Assembly (NCBI GenBank): GCA_965226885.1
Contig: CBDDEL010000015.1
Coordinates: 576,001-640,000, forward strand
Source of the DNA: Opitutales bacterium
GTDB lineage: Bacteria > Verrucomicrobiota > Verrucomicrobiia > Opitutales > UBA2987
Length of the DNA stretch: 64,000 bases
Direction of reading: 5' to 3'
The notes beneath the pieces were generated by a model. That model did no database searches, was not told the origin of the DNA, and saw nothing but the letters and a program-made list of their open reading frames with translations. Every line of letters starts with the position of its first letter. Within the stretch, counting starts at the first letter, position 1. Shown here one piece after another: positions 1-10,919 of the stretch. Position numbers and translations under genes: made by a program.

Positions 1-1
1 G

Positions 2-568
2 GTGGCTCGTGAAAAAGGCCATCAGGCCAAAATCGCCTCCGCCCTGGTTGAAGCCTATGCCCTCGAGGAGGAATACGATTGGACGCAGGCCCGCAATACC
101 TTTCTCAGAGTGCTCGATCTGGACAACCAAAACGAGGAGGCGCTCGAAGGGTTGCGGCGCGATGGGGAATACCTGCGCAGTCTGCTCAGGTATGAAAAAT
201 TCCTCACCGACGCCAGCGATTTTGCGGCCAGGGGGGAATTTCAGAAAGCTATCCGGGCTTTTAACGAAGGCATGATATCGAAACTATCCTACCTTACCCT
301 GACCCCCGAATATCAGGATTTAAAAAGCACCTTGAGCGAACAGAGCCAGCCAGTGAGGATTAATTTTGTCTCCGATGGAAAAACCTGGGTGAGCATCGCG
401 GGGTTCCAGATGATCGGAAAATTCGAGCAGCATCACCTGCGTATTTTACCCGGCAATTACCGCGTCCGGGGCCGGCGTAAGGGTTACCGCGATATCGTGC
501 TGGAGGTAAGAATTCGCAATGACAGTAGTTTTGGCGACATTCAGATAATTTGCACCCAAAGGATTTAA
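2..568 (+). CDS. C-terminal part of a TPR-like/PEGA-domain protein (5' end outside window)
   Basis: Open from window edge; helical segments followed by a beta-rich PEGA-like tail (LRILPGNYRVRGRRKGYRD). Confidence 0.55.
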   Translation: MAREKGHQAKIASALVEAYALEEEYDWTQARNTFLRVLDLDNQNEEALEGLRRDGEYLRSLLRYEKFLTDASDFAARGEFQKAIRAFNEGMISKLSYLTLTPEYQDLKSTLSEQSQPVRINFVSDGKTWVSIAGFQMIGKFEQHHLRILPGNYRVRGRRKGYRDIVLEVRIRNDSSFGDIQIICTQRI

Positions 569-696
569 AAACGGGAAAACAAGTATTAGCAGGCGAAATA
601 TCATTGCCGCATCCTCAGCGAACAGCGCCCTTTTTACCGTCATCATTTGAATTTTAAAAAAACGACCCACGCAACAATCTCCAAAGGATAAAGCAA

Positions 697-1587
697 ATGA
701 GCAATTCACGAAAAAACACCCTAAGCAAAGCACTCCCCGCAATCGGCATTGCCTTTAGCGCGTTGATCTGGATGGGCGCTCCGAGCGTGTCGAGGGCGGC
801 CGATCCCGATATATTTGACGGCGATTTGGTAATCCCGGACCCCGTGGTAAAATATGGTCTCAAGAAAATCCTCGAGAATATAAAAATCAAAATGCCGGGC
901 CTACCCCAAATGGGCTCTCAGGGAAGTTCAGGTTCATCAGGAAGTTCAGGCGGCTCCATGGGTTCTTCCGGCGGTTCTGGGGGATTGCCGATGGGATCTT
1001 CCGGTTCCGGTGGCTCGCTCCCATCTTTGGGCAAGAGCGGTCAATCGGGAATTGGGATGCAAGACGGGGACAGCCTCGGCTTGGGCCAGGGAGATAACCA
1101 AGGTTTAGGCCAGAAAAAAGGTGATGGCCAGATGCCGGGCCAAGGCCAGGGTCAAGGCGAAGGGCAGATGGAGGGTCAAGGCGAAGGGCAGATGGAGGGT
1201 CAAGGCGAAGGGCAAATGCCGGGGCAAGGTCAGGGCAATGGTTTGGGCAATAACGGTTCGGAAGGAGGCATGATTGCGCAAGGCGACCAGGCAGGCGAAG
1301 GTCCCATGGGCGAAGGTTCCATGGGTAATGCCGATGCCGCAAATACAAGCGGCGACCAAAAAGGCGGCAGCCAGGGGATGAAAGGCGACAGCATGGGCGG
1401 CCACATAACCATTGGCGACGTTTCCGAAATGATTGAAATGGCCGGCGATCAAGGAGGCGATAGCGATTCAGGCAAAGCAGAAGGTGCCGAATCCGGAACA
1501 GCGAGCAAAGGGCCTCCCATGGCCGGAAAAAACCGTGGACGCGCCTCCGGCGTGGAAAGGGGTGAATCGATTCCTTCGGACCTTTAA
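697..1587 (+). CDS. Secreted Gly/Ser/Gln-rich low-complexity protein
   Basis: 296 aa; signal peptide ending SRA-A; GS/GQ-rich body; non-repetitive ends (DPDIFDG ... GVERGESIPSDL). Confidence 0.75.
   Translation: MSNSRKNTLSKALPAIGIAFSALIWMGAPSVSRAADPDIFDGDLVIPDPVVKYGLKKILENIKIKMPGLPQMGSQGSSGSSGSSGGSMGSSGGSGGLPMGSSGSGGSLPSLGKSGQSGIGMQDGDSLGLGQGDNQGLGQKKGDGQMPGQGQGQGEGQMEGQGEGQMEGQGEGQMPGQGQGNGLGNNGSEGGMIAQGDQAGEGPMGEGSMGNADAANTSGDQKGGSQGMKGDSMGGHITIGDVSEMIEMAGDQGGDSDSGKAEGAESGTASKGPPMAGKNRGRASGVERGESIPSDL
1150..1218 (+). repeat. 24-bp coding tandem repeat (GQGEGQME) x~2.9
   Basis: GGTCAAGGCGAAGGGCAGATGGAG at 1150 and 1174, partial copy at 1198. Confidence 0.9.
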
Positions 1588-1591
1588 ATAA

Positions 1592-2395
1592 ATGAATTTA
1601 ACTAAGATAAAAATGAAACACCTCTTTGGCCGCCTCTGGACATTCGCAGCCGTCTCCGTCTCTTTGTTTATGGCGTTCACCAGCCTGAACGCCAAATCTA
1701 TCGTTCTCCCGGTAGAAGCCATTGACGACACCGCCTCAATGAGCGCCGAAGAGTTCAACCAAAAACACCAGGGAATTGATGTCTCTGGTTATTATCCCGA
1801 CGATCCGGGCTACTATGTCGCCTACACCCATGAAAACCTGACCTATTATTTCGGCCCTCTGGACGAATACATCGAGGCGATCAACTGGAAGGATAAACTG
1901 GCCGCCGTGCGCGAAGAAGTCATTTACAAACGACCCACCCTCGGCAGCAGCGAAGTCGTCATTTACAACTTTAGCCTCGAAACCATCGAAGAGCACGGCC
2001 GCAATATGAAGCAAGAGGAGGAGGCTGGCCGTAACGGCTCATCCAGAGGTGAATTCGGGCAAATGACCGGGCAGTCGGGCCAAACCGGCGACCTAGGCCA
2101 GGAATCCGGCATTTTACTGCCCCAAGGCCAATCCGGCCAGCAGCAGGGCCAAAACGGCCAGCAGCAAGGGCAAATGGGCAGCCAATCGGGTAGTGGTCAG
2201 CAGGGTTCTCCCATTTTTCAGCTTCCGGGCAGCCAGCAAAGCCAACAATCGGGCCAAAGCGGCTCAAGCGGCAGTTCCAGCAGCAGCGGCGGTGGGTCTT
2301 CCGGCGGCGGCTCCAGTAGCAGTTCCGGCGGTGGAGGCGGGGGCGGTGGCAAACCCAGTTGGTGGCAAATTATCAAGGGCATCTTCGGCGGTTGA
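1592..2395 (+). CDS. Secreted protein with globular N-domain, Gln/Ser/Gly linker and amphipathic C-terminal tail
   Basis: 267 aa; signal peptide (LNA-K); starts 4 bp after the previous stop; ends KPSWWQIIKGIFGG. Start may be 1613. Confidence 0.75.
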   Translation: MNLTKIKMKHLFGRLWTFAAVSVSLFMAFTSLNAKSIVLPVEAIDDTASMSAEEFNQKHQGIDVSGYYPDDPGYYVAYTHENLTYYFGPLDEYIEAINWKDKLAAVREEVIYKRPTLGSSEVVIYNFSLETIEEHGRNMKQEEEAGRNGSSRGEFGQMTGQSGQTGDLGQESGILLPQGQSGQQQGQNGQQQGQMGSQSGSGQQGSPIFQLPGSQQSQQSGQSGSSGSSSSSGGGSSGGGSSSSSGGGGGGGGKPSWWQIIKGIFGG

Positions 2396-2449
2396 AACAA
2401 CCCTTTGCTCCAGCCCCATACGGGATTGGAGCGTTCCCCATACGTTTCG

Positions 2450-2929
2450 ATGGTTGATTTATTCGATCTGGCCCAAGAGCAGGCGAAGCGCACTCAGGCC
2501 AGCTGCGATGATTGGCTGGTAGTTTTGAATAACGCCAAGTCTTGCCTGGCCAAATCCAGTTTCGGAGCCAGCGCCCAGCGTTCTTTGGCAGAGGCCAGCG
2601 CTTCGCCCCGTCAATTTCAGCTCATGGCGGACGCCTTGGCCGAACACAATTTAAGCGGTTCGGATGATAAAAAAGATGGCTGGCCTCTGTTGGTGGAAAA
2701 TGTCGATGAATCTCCCTATACCTTGAATGAATGGCTGGAAGCCTGGGAATTTTTCCACCATTGGCTGCAAAACCGGAATCGACGGGCAAGTTTTTCCAAT
2801 AGGCTCGGTTACCTGGCCTGTTGCGGCCAATACCTCGAAGGCAAGGCCATTTTTCCGGCATTCATCGTCCTGCTGGAAGAAATGCTGGAGGGGTACGGTT
2901 TCGAGGGTGATGAGACTGCCAACGCTTAA
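2450..2929 (+). CDS. Hypothetical protein
   Basis: ORF co-oriented with the upstream cluster; ATG at 2450 preferred over TTG at 2405. Confidence 0.6.
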   Translation: MVDLFDLAQEQAKRTQASCDDWLVVLNNAKSCLAKSSFGASAQRSLAEASASPRQFQLMADALAEHNLSGSDDKKDGWPLLVENVDESPYTLNEWLEAWEFFHHWLQNRNRRASFSNRLGYLACCGQYLEGKAIFPAFIVLLEEMLEGYGFEGDETANA

Positions 2930-2962
2930 ATTATCGGATTATTCTATTAGCTAACCGAACAA

Positions 2963-5900
2963 TCATTTGACGAAGTCGCCTTGGGCGACAGATTTTCCTG
3001 CTAACCTCAAATGCTCTTGTGCTTTAGCGGATCCATAAGCTGCCCCGATACGAAGGAAAATAACTCGTAGATCATCCAACATCAGGTAAAGAGACGGTAT
3101 CAGGATCAAGGTGATGACGGTTGCAAAAAGAATGCCGAAGGCCAGGGACACGGCCATGGGGGCGAGAAACCGGGCCTGCAGGCTGCGCTCCATGAGCATG
3201 GGGGTGAGGCCCAAAAAAGTAGTCAGCGAAGTCAGCAGAATGGGCCTGAAACGCCGGATACCGGCCCAGCGAATGGCCTCGAATCGCGGCATACCCTCGT
3301 TTTCCCGGCGGGTGATGAAATCGACCATGACAAGGCTGTCGTTTACGACTACGCCGGTCAGGGCGACAATTCCGCAAAATGATAGAATGCTCAATGAAAG
3401 CCCCAGAACCAAATGCCCGAAAATCGCTCCCACAATCCCGAATGGGATGACCGCCATAATGATTAAAGGTTTGATGTAGGACCGCAGAGGCACCGCCATG
3501 AGGGCATAAATGATGATGAGGGCCAAAAAGAAGCCTTGCATGAGGCCACCCATGGTTTCCGCCTGCTCCCGGCTTTCTCCCTCCAAGGCATAACTCACCC
3601 CCGGATATTTGGCTAAAAGAGCGGGCATGAATTCTTTCGTAATTTCATTGATTACCACATGCGGTTCGATGGTATCCTTATCCACCGAGGCCCTCACGTT
3701 GACCACCCGTTTGCGGTTGATCCGTGTGATGCGGGAAAACCCGCGCCCCATCTTGGCTTCGGCCACCGAAGAAAAGGGCACTTCTTCCCCGGAAGGTGTG
3801 CGCACACGCATGTTTTCCAGGTCCCCCAATGAACGGCGTTCATCTTCGGGATAGCGGACCATGACCCGAACCTCGTCCTTGCCTCTCTGTATCCGCTGGG
3901 CCTCGGCCCCGTAAAAGCCCTGGCGAACCTGCCGGGCCAGATCGCTCAAGGTGAGTCCGAGTACTTCCGCCTCCGGCTTGATGGCCAATTGGATTTCCTG
4001 TTTTCCGCCACTGAAAGTGTCCTTAATATCGAATATCCCGTTAAAATCGGCCAGTCTGGCTTTGATTTCCTCGGCCGCGGCGTCGAGCTGGTCGAAATTG
4101 TCCCCTTCCAACTGAAAATCGATGGCCGCGGCGTCATAGCCGGTGGTCCCGGAAAAACTCAAATCGATGGCGCCCGCGATGGGGCCGACTTTTTCCCGCC
4201 AGCGATTGACCACCTCAATGGAATCGATCATGCGGTTTTCGCTCGGTTTTAATTCCACGAATAGGCGGCCCAGGGTTTCACCGGAAGACCAGGAAATGGT
4301 GTGCTCGATGATGGAACCATTTCCATCTCCGAATTCTTCGCGCATTTCGCGGTCCAATGCATGAATGGCCTGCTCCACCTTGTATGTGGCGGCTTCCGTC
4401 ACCGTGGCCGGTGTGCCCTCAGCCATTTCCACTGAGGCACGGATAAAATCGCTGGGAATATTGGGGAAAAAGACGTTGCGCACGATCCCGCTTTTGACCA
4501 CCCCCACACTCAGGATGATGCCCGCAAGAAATAGGGAGACGGTGGTGTAGCGATGGCGCAGGGAAAGTTCCAGAACGGGCCGATAGACCTTTTCCACAAA
4601 ATTCTCCAACCCGTGGCTGAAGCCCCTTTGAATGCGCATGAAAGGCCCCCAGCCCTCCTTCGGTTTTTCCTTGATCTTCATATGGGCCAGGTGAGCCGGT
4701 AGGATAAGCTTGGACTCGATGAGGGAGAAAAAGAGGCACAAAATCACCACCAGGGCGATTCCGGACCACATTTTTCCAGAAGGGCCCGGCACCATCAGCA
4801 TGGGCAGAAAAGCGGCGATCGTGGTGAGCACCCCAAAGGTGGCCGGCAGGGCGACTTCCTGGGCGCCTTTGATCACATTTTCAATGCCAGGCCCATCCTT
4901 TCGAATGGTGGTGTAAACATTTTCCCCGATAACGATGGCATCGTCCACCACGATGCCCAGAACGAGGATAAAACCGAAAAGGGTGATCATGTTGATGGAA
5001 ATGTCCACCAGGCCGGTCGGCATCAGCCAGATAGCGCCCAAAAAGCAAACCGGCAAACCCACCATAACCCAAAAGGCCACCCTTAAACGCAAAAACATGG
5101 CCAGGGAGATGAACACAAGGACACCGCCCAGGGCCATGTTTCTCAGCATCAGGTTGAGGCGCCCTTTCAGTAACCGCGAGGCGTCGGCCCAATAAGCCAG
5201 TGAAATGCCGGCCGGAAGCTCTTTGTTTTTTTTCTCGATATAGGTCCTCACCGCGGCGGCCACGGTAAGGGCATTTTGATTACCGACACGGTAAATACGT
5301 ATGCCAAGGCTGGGCTTGCCATCGAATTTGAAGAAGAAATCGGAGTCATCAAACCCGTCCACCACCCTGGCAATATCTCCCAGTAGCAGGCGCGTACCGT
5401 CTTCCTGTGTGAGCAGAACCAGTTGCTCAAACTCCCGGCCGACATAAGCCTGGCCCTTGGTTCGTAAAAGTATCTCGCCCCCCACCGTCTTGATGGAGCC
5501 GGCCGGCAAATCGAGGGAGGACTTGCGCACGGCCTGGACCACCTGGTCGAAAGTCAATCCGTATTGGCGAAGGGTAGATTCGGAGACCTCAATGGAGATT
5601 TCGTAAGCACGCACCCCGTCCATTTCCGCCTGGGTTACTTCCGGCAAGGCGGTAATTTCATCGCGCACCATTTTGCCGTATTCCTTCATCGTACGCTCAT
5701 CGACATCGCCATAAATCTGCACCCACATGACCTCGTTTTTCGTTGTCTGCTCGTAAATGACCGGCTTTTCCGTTTCCGCCGGAAATGTAGAAATGGCGTC
5801 CACCCGCAGCTTTATTTTATCAAGCATATCGAGCACTTCGTAGCCATTTGCGATTTCCACGTCCACCCGGCCACCTCCTTCATAAGCGCGCGAAGTAAGC

Positions 5901-6154
5901 CTTTTTACCCCCTCGAGGTCCTGCACGGCTTCTTCGATCTTGACGCAAACGCCTTCCTCGGCCTCCTGCGGGGCGGCCCCCCGATAAGACACCCGAATGG
6001 TAATCTGGTTGAGGGAAAACTCCGGAAAAAACTCTTTCTTGATCTGAATGGCGGAAATCAAGCCCATGACCATGATGCCGACCATGAGAAGGTTGGCCGC
6101 CACCCCGTTACGGGCAAACCAGGCGATGATGCCCTTGTGGGTATCGCCGCTCAT
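2963..6154 (-). CDS. RND efflux permease (AcrB/AcrD/AcrF family)
   Basis: 1063 aa; GIVVDDAIVIGEN and RFRPILLTSLTT motifs; 12-TM layout with two periplasmic loops. Confidence 0.95.
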   Translation of the reverse strand: MSGDTHKGIIAWFARNGVAANLLMVGIMVMGLISAIQIKKEFFPEFSLNQITIRVSYRGAAPQEAEEGVCVKIEEAVQDLEGVKRLTSRAYEGGGRVDVEIANGYEVLDMLDKIKLRVDAISTFPAETEKPVIYEQTTKNEVMWVQIYGDVDERTMKEYGKMVRDEITALPEVTQAEMDGVRAYEISIEVSESTLRQYGLTFDQVVQAVRKSSLDLPAGSIKTVGGEILLRTKGQAYVGREFEQLVLLTQEDGTRLLLGDIARVVDGFDDSDFFFKFDGKPSLGIRIYRVGNQNALTVAAAVRTYIEKKNKELPAGISLAYWADASRLLKGRLNLMLRNMALGGVLVFISLAMFLRLRVAFWVMVGLPVCFLGAIWLMPTGLVDISINMITLFGFILVLGIVVDDAIVIGENVYTTIRKDGPGIENVIKGAQEVALPATFGVLTTIAAFLPMLMVPGPSGKMWSGIALVVILCLFFSLIESKLILPAHLAHMKIKEKPKEGWGPFMRIQRGFSHGLENFVEKVYRPVLELSLRHRYTTVSLFLAGIILSVGVVKSGIVRNVFFPNIPSDFIRASVEMAEGTPATVTEAATYKVEQAIHALDREMREEFGDGNGSIIEHTISWSSGETLGRLFVELKPSENRMIDSIEVVNRWREKVGPIAGAIDLSFSGTTGYDAAAIDFQLEGDNFDQLDAAAEEIKARLADFNGIFDIKDTFSGGKQEIQLAIKPEAEVLGLTLSDLARQVRQGFYGAEAQRIQRGKDEVRVMVRYPEDERRSLGDLENMRVRTPSGEEVPFSSVAEAKMGRGFSRITRINRKRVVNVRASVDKDTIEPHVVINEITKEFMPALLAKYPGVSYALEGESREQAETMGGLMQGFFLALIIIYALMAVPLRSYIKPLIIMAVIPFGIVGAIFGHLVLGLSLSILSFCGIVALTGVVVNDSLVMVDFITRRENEGMPRFEAIRWAGIRRFRPILLTSLTTFLGLTPMLMERSLQARFLAPMAVSLAFGILFATVITLILIPSLYLMLDDLRVIFLRIGAAYGSAKAQEHLRLAGKSVAQGDFVK

Positions 6155-7395
6155 ATCTCCTCGTCCCCGTCCGGTTCTTCTGTGGAAACCACATTTTCCT
6201 CGAAAGCGGGGTCTTCGCCGCCGGCCTCGTCTGCGGCCATCTGCGTAGTTACCTTCATTCCGTCCACCACAAATTCCAGAGCGGTCAAGCAGACTTTATC
6301 GCCATCTTCGATACCGGCCCCGATGATAACATTTTCCGTATCGGTGCGAATCACTTCCACATCCCGGCCTTCCAGGGTATTTGCCGCATCGACCACCAGT
6401 ATGCGGTTATTCTGCCTCAGGACGTGGCGCGGCAGGATGACGGCATCTTCGACCGTTTTCCCCCGGATTTCAGCTTTCACAAACATGCCGATCTGGAGGG
6501 GTGGACGGGCGCTCCCCGCTTCCTGCCGGTAGGGATCTTGCACCTGGGCAACGGCGTAGATAACCCTGCTGCGAGGATCGACAACCCCTTCAGTCCTCAC
6601 AATGAGTCCATCCCAGGTGTAACGGTGGCCTCCGAAATCGGCCTCTAATTGAACATACAGGCTCGCTTTTTCCCCGTCGTTTCCCTGGTAGGCATAGGGA
6701 AGGTCCACATAGGGAATGTCATGGCTGGGGATGGGAAGCCTCACTTCCACATAGTTGATGGCAAATATTTTGGCCAGCATTATGCCGGGGGAAACAAATT
6801 GCCCGAGATCGGCATTCTTTTCTTTTACCATGCCCGCGTAGGGTGCCCGAATGTGTGTGCGTTCAAGATCGCGCCGGGCTTTTTCCAAGTCGGCTTCTGC
6901 CGATCTTACATTGGCCTCGGCATCGATTAACTGTGGCTTACGCAATACCAGCTCGGTGGCCTCGCCATTGCCCAGGTTCCCCCAGTCTTTGAGGGCCTGC
7001 TCCGATTGCGCTATTTCCTGGGAGAGGCTTAATTTAGCCTTGGCCAAAACGGATTCGGCGCGGACCAGGGCCACCTCGTAATCGCTCGAATCGATTTCCA
7101 CCAGCACGTCTCCCACTTCAAAAAAACCTCCCGCATAGAGGGAAGGCGAGATGGCGGTGATCTTTCCCGAGACTTGTGGAATTAAATCGGTTTCGGTGCG
7201 AGGTACCACCGTTCCCTGACTCTTGACAATGAACGTGACAGCCCTTTTTTCAGCTGTCACCACAGCGACAACGGTGGGCAGAATTTTGCGCGGTTCCTTT
7301 TCCGGTTTGGACTTGAAAAGTACCAAGTTATAAGTGCCCAGACCCGCAAAGAGCAGGATTACGATAGGCAGCGAAATTCGGTAATGCATCTTCAT
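6151..7395 (-). CDS. RND periplasmic adaptor (membrane fusion protein)
   Basis: PQVSGKI, lipoyl-like half motifs, LERTHIRAPYAG; ATGA overlap with the permease. Confidence 0.93.
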   Translation of the reverse strand: MKMHYRISLPIVILLFAGLGTYNLVLFKSKPEKEPRKILPTVVAVVTAEKRAVTFIVKSQGTVVPRTETDLIPQVSGKITAISPSLYAGGFFEVGDVLVEIDSSDYEVALVRAESVLAKAKLSLSQEIAQSEQALKDWGNLGNGEATELVLRKPQLIDAEANVRSAEADLEKARRDLERTHIRAPYAGMVKEKNADLGQFVSPGIMLAKIFAINYVEVRLPIPSHDIPYVDLPYAYQGNDGEKASLYVQLEADFGGHRYTWDGLIVRTEGVVDPRSRVIYAVAQVQDPYRQEAGSARPPLQIGMFVKAEIRGKTVEDAVILPRHVLRQNNRILVVDAANTLEGRDVEVIRTDTENVIIGAGIEDGDKVCLTALEFVVDGMKVTTQMAADEAGGEDPAFEENVVSTEEPDGDEEI

Positions 7396-7632
7396 GGCAG
7401 AGGATTCCTTTGTTCCCAACAATTGGGGCGGTTTTTTTTGAGACGCTGAAAAACGATAAAAAGTTTCAATTAATATTAAAGTAAAAGAAAGTCCGGCCAG
7501 ACGTCACATCAAACAATGTGCCTCAAAGTGGGAATAGTTTAGATTATTTCGATTGCTTCGCAAGCATTTCGGTGTTATCAATAATGGCTCTTTCTTCCTT
7601 ACGTCCTGCAGGGCGATCCTGCCAATACTACC

Positions 7633-8745
7633 GTGAACTTATGTTTCCCAACCCTGCTCCCTGGAAAAGCCGCCCATCGAATGGCAGCTGGCGCGGCCTT
7701 ATGGTTATTGGTTGCCGGATGCGTTGTTCCGGCCACCCGGCCCATGGTGGTCGATCAGGCAAAGCTCGAACGGGAGCGCTATCATCAACAGGCCATCGCC
7801 CTGGAAAGTCAGCTTTTTGACCAGATGCGGTTGCACCGGGTGGCCTTTCCCATCCTCCAGGCGGCGGTTCCTTTTACGAAGGAACGCACAAGGGCTTACC
7901 TCGGCCTTTATTATGCCAACAAATACTCGTTTTCAGAAAACTTCAGGGAATCTGCGGAAAAGCAGTTCGGGCTGGAGGAAAAACTTAAAGTCCTGGAGGT
8001 AATCCCCGATTCGCCAGCCGAGTTGTCCCATGTGGAAAAAGGAGACATTCTCCTCAAACTGAACGGGGAACAGGTTCCTTCCGGGAAAGATGCGGCCATC
8101 GGTTTTGCAAAAATTCTGCAGCATGACCTGGTGCCGGGAGCGGAGGTCTCGCTGACCGTTTTGAGGGATGGCGATCCGCTGGAACTGTCCATCACGCCGG
8201 CCGCCATTGCCGATTTTACGCTTTTGCTCAGCTCCAAACAAAGCGTCAACGCCAAAGCGACCGGAAAAAAAGTCGTCATCAACCGGGGAATGCTGCGGTT
8301 CGCGGAAACGGACACCGAGCTGGCCTATGTCCTCAGTCATGAAATCGCCCACAACGTAATGCGGCATGTGCGCGCGGTTATGGTCAATTACACATTAGGA
8401 ACCCTGGTCGATATCGGGGCGGCCAGCTTGGGGGTGATCACCGGCAATGCAGTCGGGGCCATGGCGGCTTATTCCAAGGCGCCCTCATTCGAGTCCGAGG
8501 CCGACTATGTGGGTCTATACATCATGGCCCGGAGCGGGCAGCCAGTGGAAGGGGCGGCCAACTTTTGGCGGCGCATAGCGGCAATCGATCCGGGCTCCAT
8601 CCGAAAGCGCATCCTGGCCACACATCCAGCCAGTCCCGAACGCTTTGTCGCCCTTGTAGACACTATCGAAGAGATTCAATTCAAAATAGCCGAGGGCCAG
8701 CCCCTCAATCCGGAGCTGCGAAAAAAACAGGCATCGCCGCCATAG
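7633..8745 (+). CDS. M48 metallopeptidase lipoprotein with PDZ domain
   Basis: Lipobox LVAG-C; PDZ-like DSPAELSHVEKGDILLKLNG; HEIAH, ESEAD and THP motifs. Confidence 0.88.
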   Translation: MNLCFPTLLPGKAAHRMAAGAALWLLVAGCVVPATRPMVVDQAKLERERYHQQAIALESQLFDQMRLHRVAFPILQAAVPFTKERTRAYLGLYYANKYSFSENFRESAEKQFGLEEKLKVLEVIPDSPAELSHVEKGDILLKLNGEQVPSGKDAAIGFAKILQHDLVPGAEVSLTVLRDGDPLELSITPAAIADFTLLLSSKQSVNAKATGKKVVINRGMLRFAETDTELAYVLSHEIAHNVMRHVRAVMVNYTLGTLVDIGAASLGVITGNAVGAMAAYSKAPSFESEADYVGLYIMARSGQPVEGAANFWRRIAAIDPGSIRKRILATHPASPERFVALVDTIEEIQFKIAEGQPLNPELRKKQASPP

Positions 8746-8797
8746 ACACTGTTTTTTTTGAGACGAAAATTCAGGAACGGGTAGCGATACAACGCCA

Positions 8798-10919
8798 TTA
8801 TTTCACCTTTTCCTTCTCAACCGCAGTATTCCCCGTATCTACATAATAGTAATTAGTAATTTTGATATTTATTGTAATAATAATAATCGGAGCCCTTGGT
8901 ATCGACGAAGTTCAATATAAATCCGAAAACGTTGACTCCCCGCTGGTTAAGCCGCTCAAGGGAAGACCGCACCTGCCGGGCCTGAGTATAACCGGAGCGA
9001 ACCGTGAAAAGGACCCCGTCCACCCTGGTGGCAAAACTTGAGGTGTCTTCTGTTGCCAATAACGGAGCGGAATCGAAAATGACATAGTCATAACGTTCCT
9101 GTAATAGAAGGCAAATTTGTCCCATGCGGTCGCTCAAAAGCAATTCCCCAGGACGCTCCGGATATTCACCGGTGGAAATAAAATCGAGGTTTTCAATGCC
9201 GGTTTTCTGAATGGTTTCGGAAAGTGGCAGTTCTTCCAGGATAATTTCACTCAATCCTTTGGATTTATTCAGTTTGAATTCCTTGTAAAGCGCCCCACGG
9301 CGCAAATCCGCATCCACCAGGATGGTTTTGGAGGAGGTCAAAGCCAGCGTTATGGCCAGATTTGATGAGATGGTTGATTTTCCCTCGGAGGGAACAGCGC
9401 TGGTAACGATGAAGCTAGTCGGCTGCGCTCCTTCTTTTTCCATGAAGAGGATAGATGAACGCAAAGTGCGGCAAGCCTCCGCAAAAAGATAACGGGGGTC
9501 TTTGGGCTGGAGCAGGTCCATACCGGTTTTATGGGCCAGCTTCTGGTAAGGAATAATGCCCATGATGGGCAGATCGAAACGCCGGAACGCCGGGTTAGGT
9601 CTTCCCCAGAGATAATGCGGTTGTCCAGGGTTCCCAGAAGGAAAATCAGCCCAAAACCCAGAACGATGCCAGCCACCCCGCCCTGGACAAAATTACGGAC
9701 GATTTGCACCGGGATAGGATGAGCTGGGCTGGCGTCTTCAAATACGGCAATGGTTTCCTGGCCGAAATTTTCATTCAAGTCGAGGTTCTGAATGGTTTCG
9801 AGGAGGTTTTCATAAAGGTTGCGGGAGCGATTCAATCGGGATTGCAGACGTTCATACTCTGCCTGGCGCCGGCTGTAATCGAGGGCTGTCAATTCCACAT
9901 CCGAAATTAAAGCGGCCAAATTATCGATCTGGATCTTGAGAATGCTCTTTTGCGATTCCAGTTTTTTCAATCCCTGGCGACGATAAATTTCCAGGTAATT
10001 TTGAGTCCTTTCGATCTCGCCGTTAAGACCCATAATTTTGGGATGCCGGGGCTTCAAATAGATGGAAAATTCATCCTTCTCGGCCATTAGCTGATCATAG
10101 ATCGCTTTTTGCTGCCGGTACTGCGGACTTATCTCCTGAACGTTGCGGCTGACCAGATCGCTGTCCCCCTCAATTCCCTCGGGAATTCCACCGTCGAGGT
10201 ATTGATCGAGGCTGAGGGTCTCCAGCATCCGGAATTTTGTTTTCAGGTCGGCCATATTGCTCTTCAGCTTGACCAGATTGTAGCCGGCGGAGTCTCCCTC
10301 TTCTTTCACAAAAACCAGGTTGTTCTCTTTTTGGAATTCCACCAGAGCGCTTTCCTGATGGTCGATCTCCGTTTCCAGGCTCATCAGTTCCTCTTTAATT
10401 TTTAGCAGCGCCCTGCCGGAGGTATTGGACCGCGTCTCCTTTTTATAATTGGTATATTCCTCCATGCAGGCATCCAAAAAGGCGCGCGTGTATTGCGGTT
10501 CGCCACCTTCGGCCGTAAGGACAAAAATGGACGTCTCGGGCTGTTGGCCTACGCGCAATTGAATAAGAATCGGTTTGAGTTCAGGCCTCAAGGCGGCCAG
10601 TCGATCGCGGGCTCGGTTTTGCACAATAGGGCTGCGCATCAGCTCGCTTTGGGTTCCCCAGAAATAGGCCAGGGAATCCTTGATAACCTGGCTGTTGGGA
10701 AAGGATACCTGCGATTCCACAATCATTTTGCCCTGGCTGACGTATCGGGCCTCACGCTGCATTTCTTCATAGGCCTGATAACCAAGGCCAAGGCTCAGAG
10801 TTGGGATGAATATCCACCAATACTTCTTGAGCAATATCTTTCCCCCGGAAAAACCAGGCATGGAAGTTTTCCGACAATTCGGCGCTCTGTTCCTGTTCCT
10901 CGAAAGCGACTTCTTTCAT
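8798..10919 (-). pseudogene. wzc: Wzc-like polysaccharide co-polymerase/tyrosine autokinase with three lesions
   Basis: TSAVPSEGKS, DADLRR, DSAP and Tyr cluster; probable +1 in C-run 10842-10846; 8-bp duplication 9578-9593; 7-bp duplication 8848-8861. Removing them restores one ORF from ATG 10919 to TAA 8798. Confidence 0.88.

Noticed and set aside
5564..6532. Long antisense ORFs (also 10493-11557, 29102-30025, 52375-53250 and those in IS copies)
   Set aside because: They lie opposite well-supported genes and show no recognisable motifs.
8848..9593. wzc duplications as IS excision footprints
   Set aside because: The 7-bp unit does not fit TANNNTA, and most other duplications match no TSD length, so this cannot be supported.
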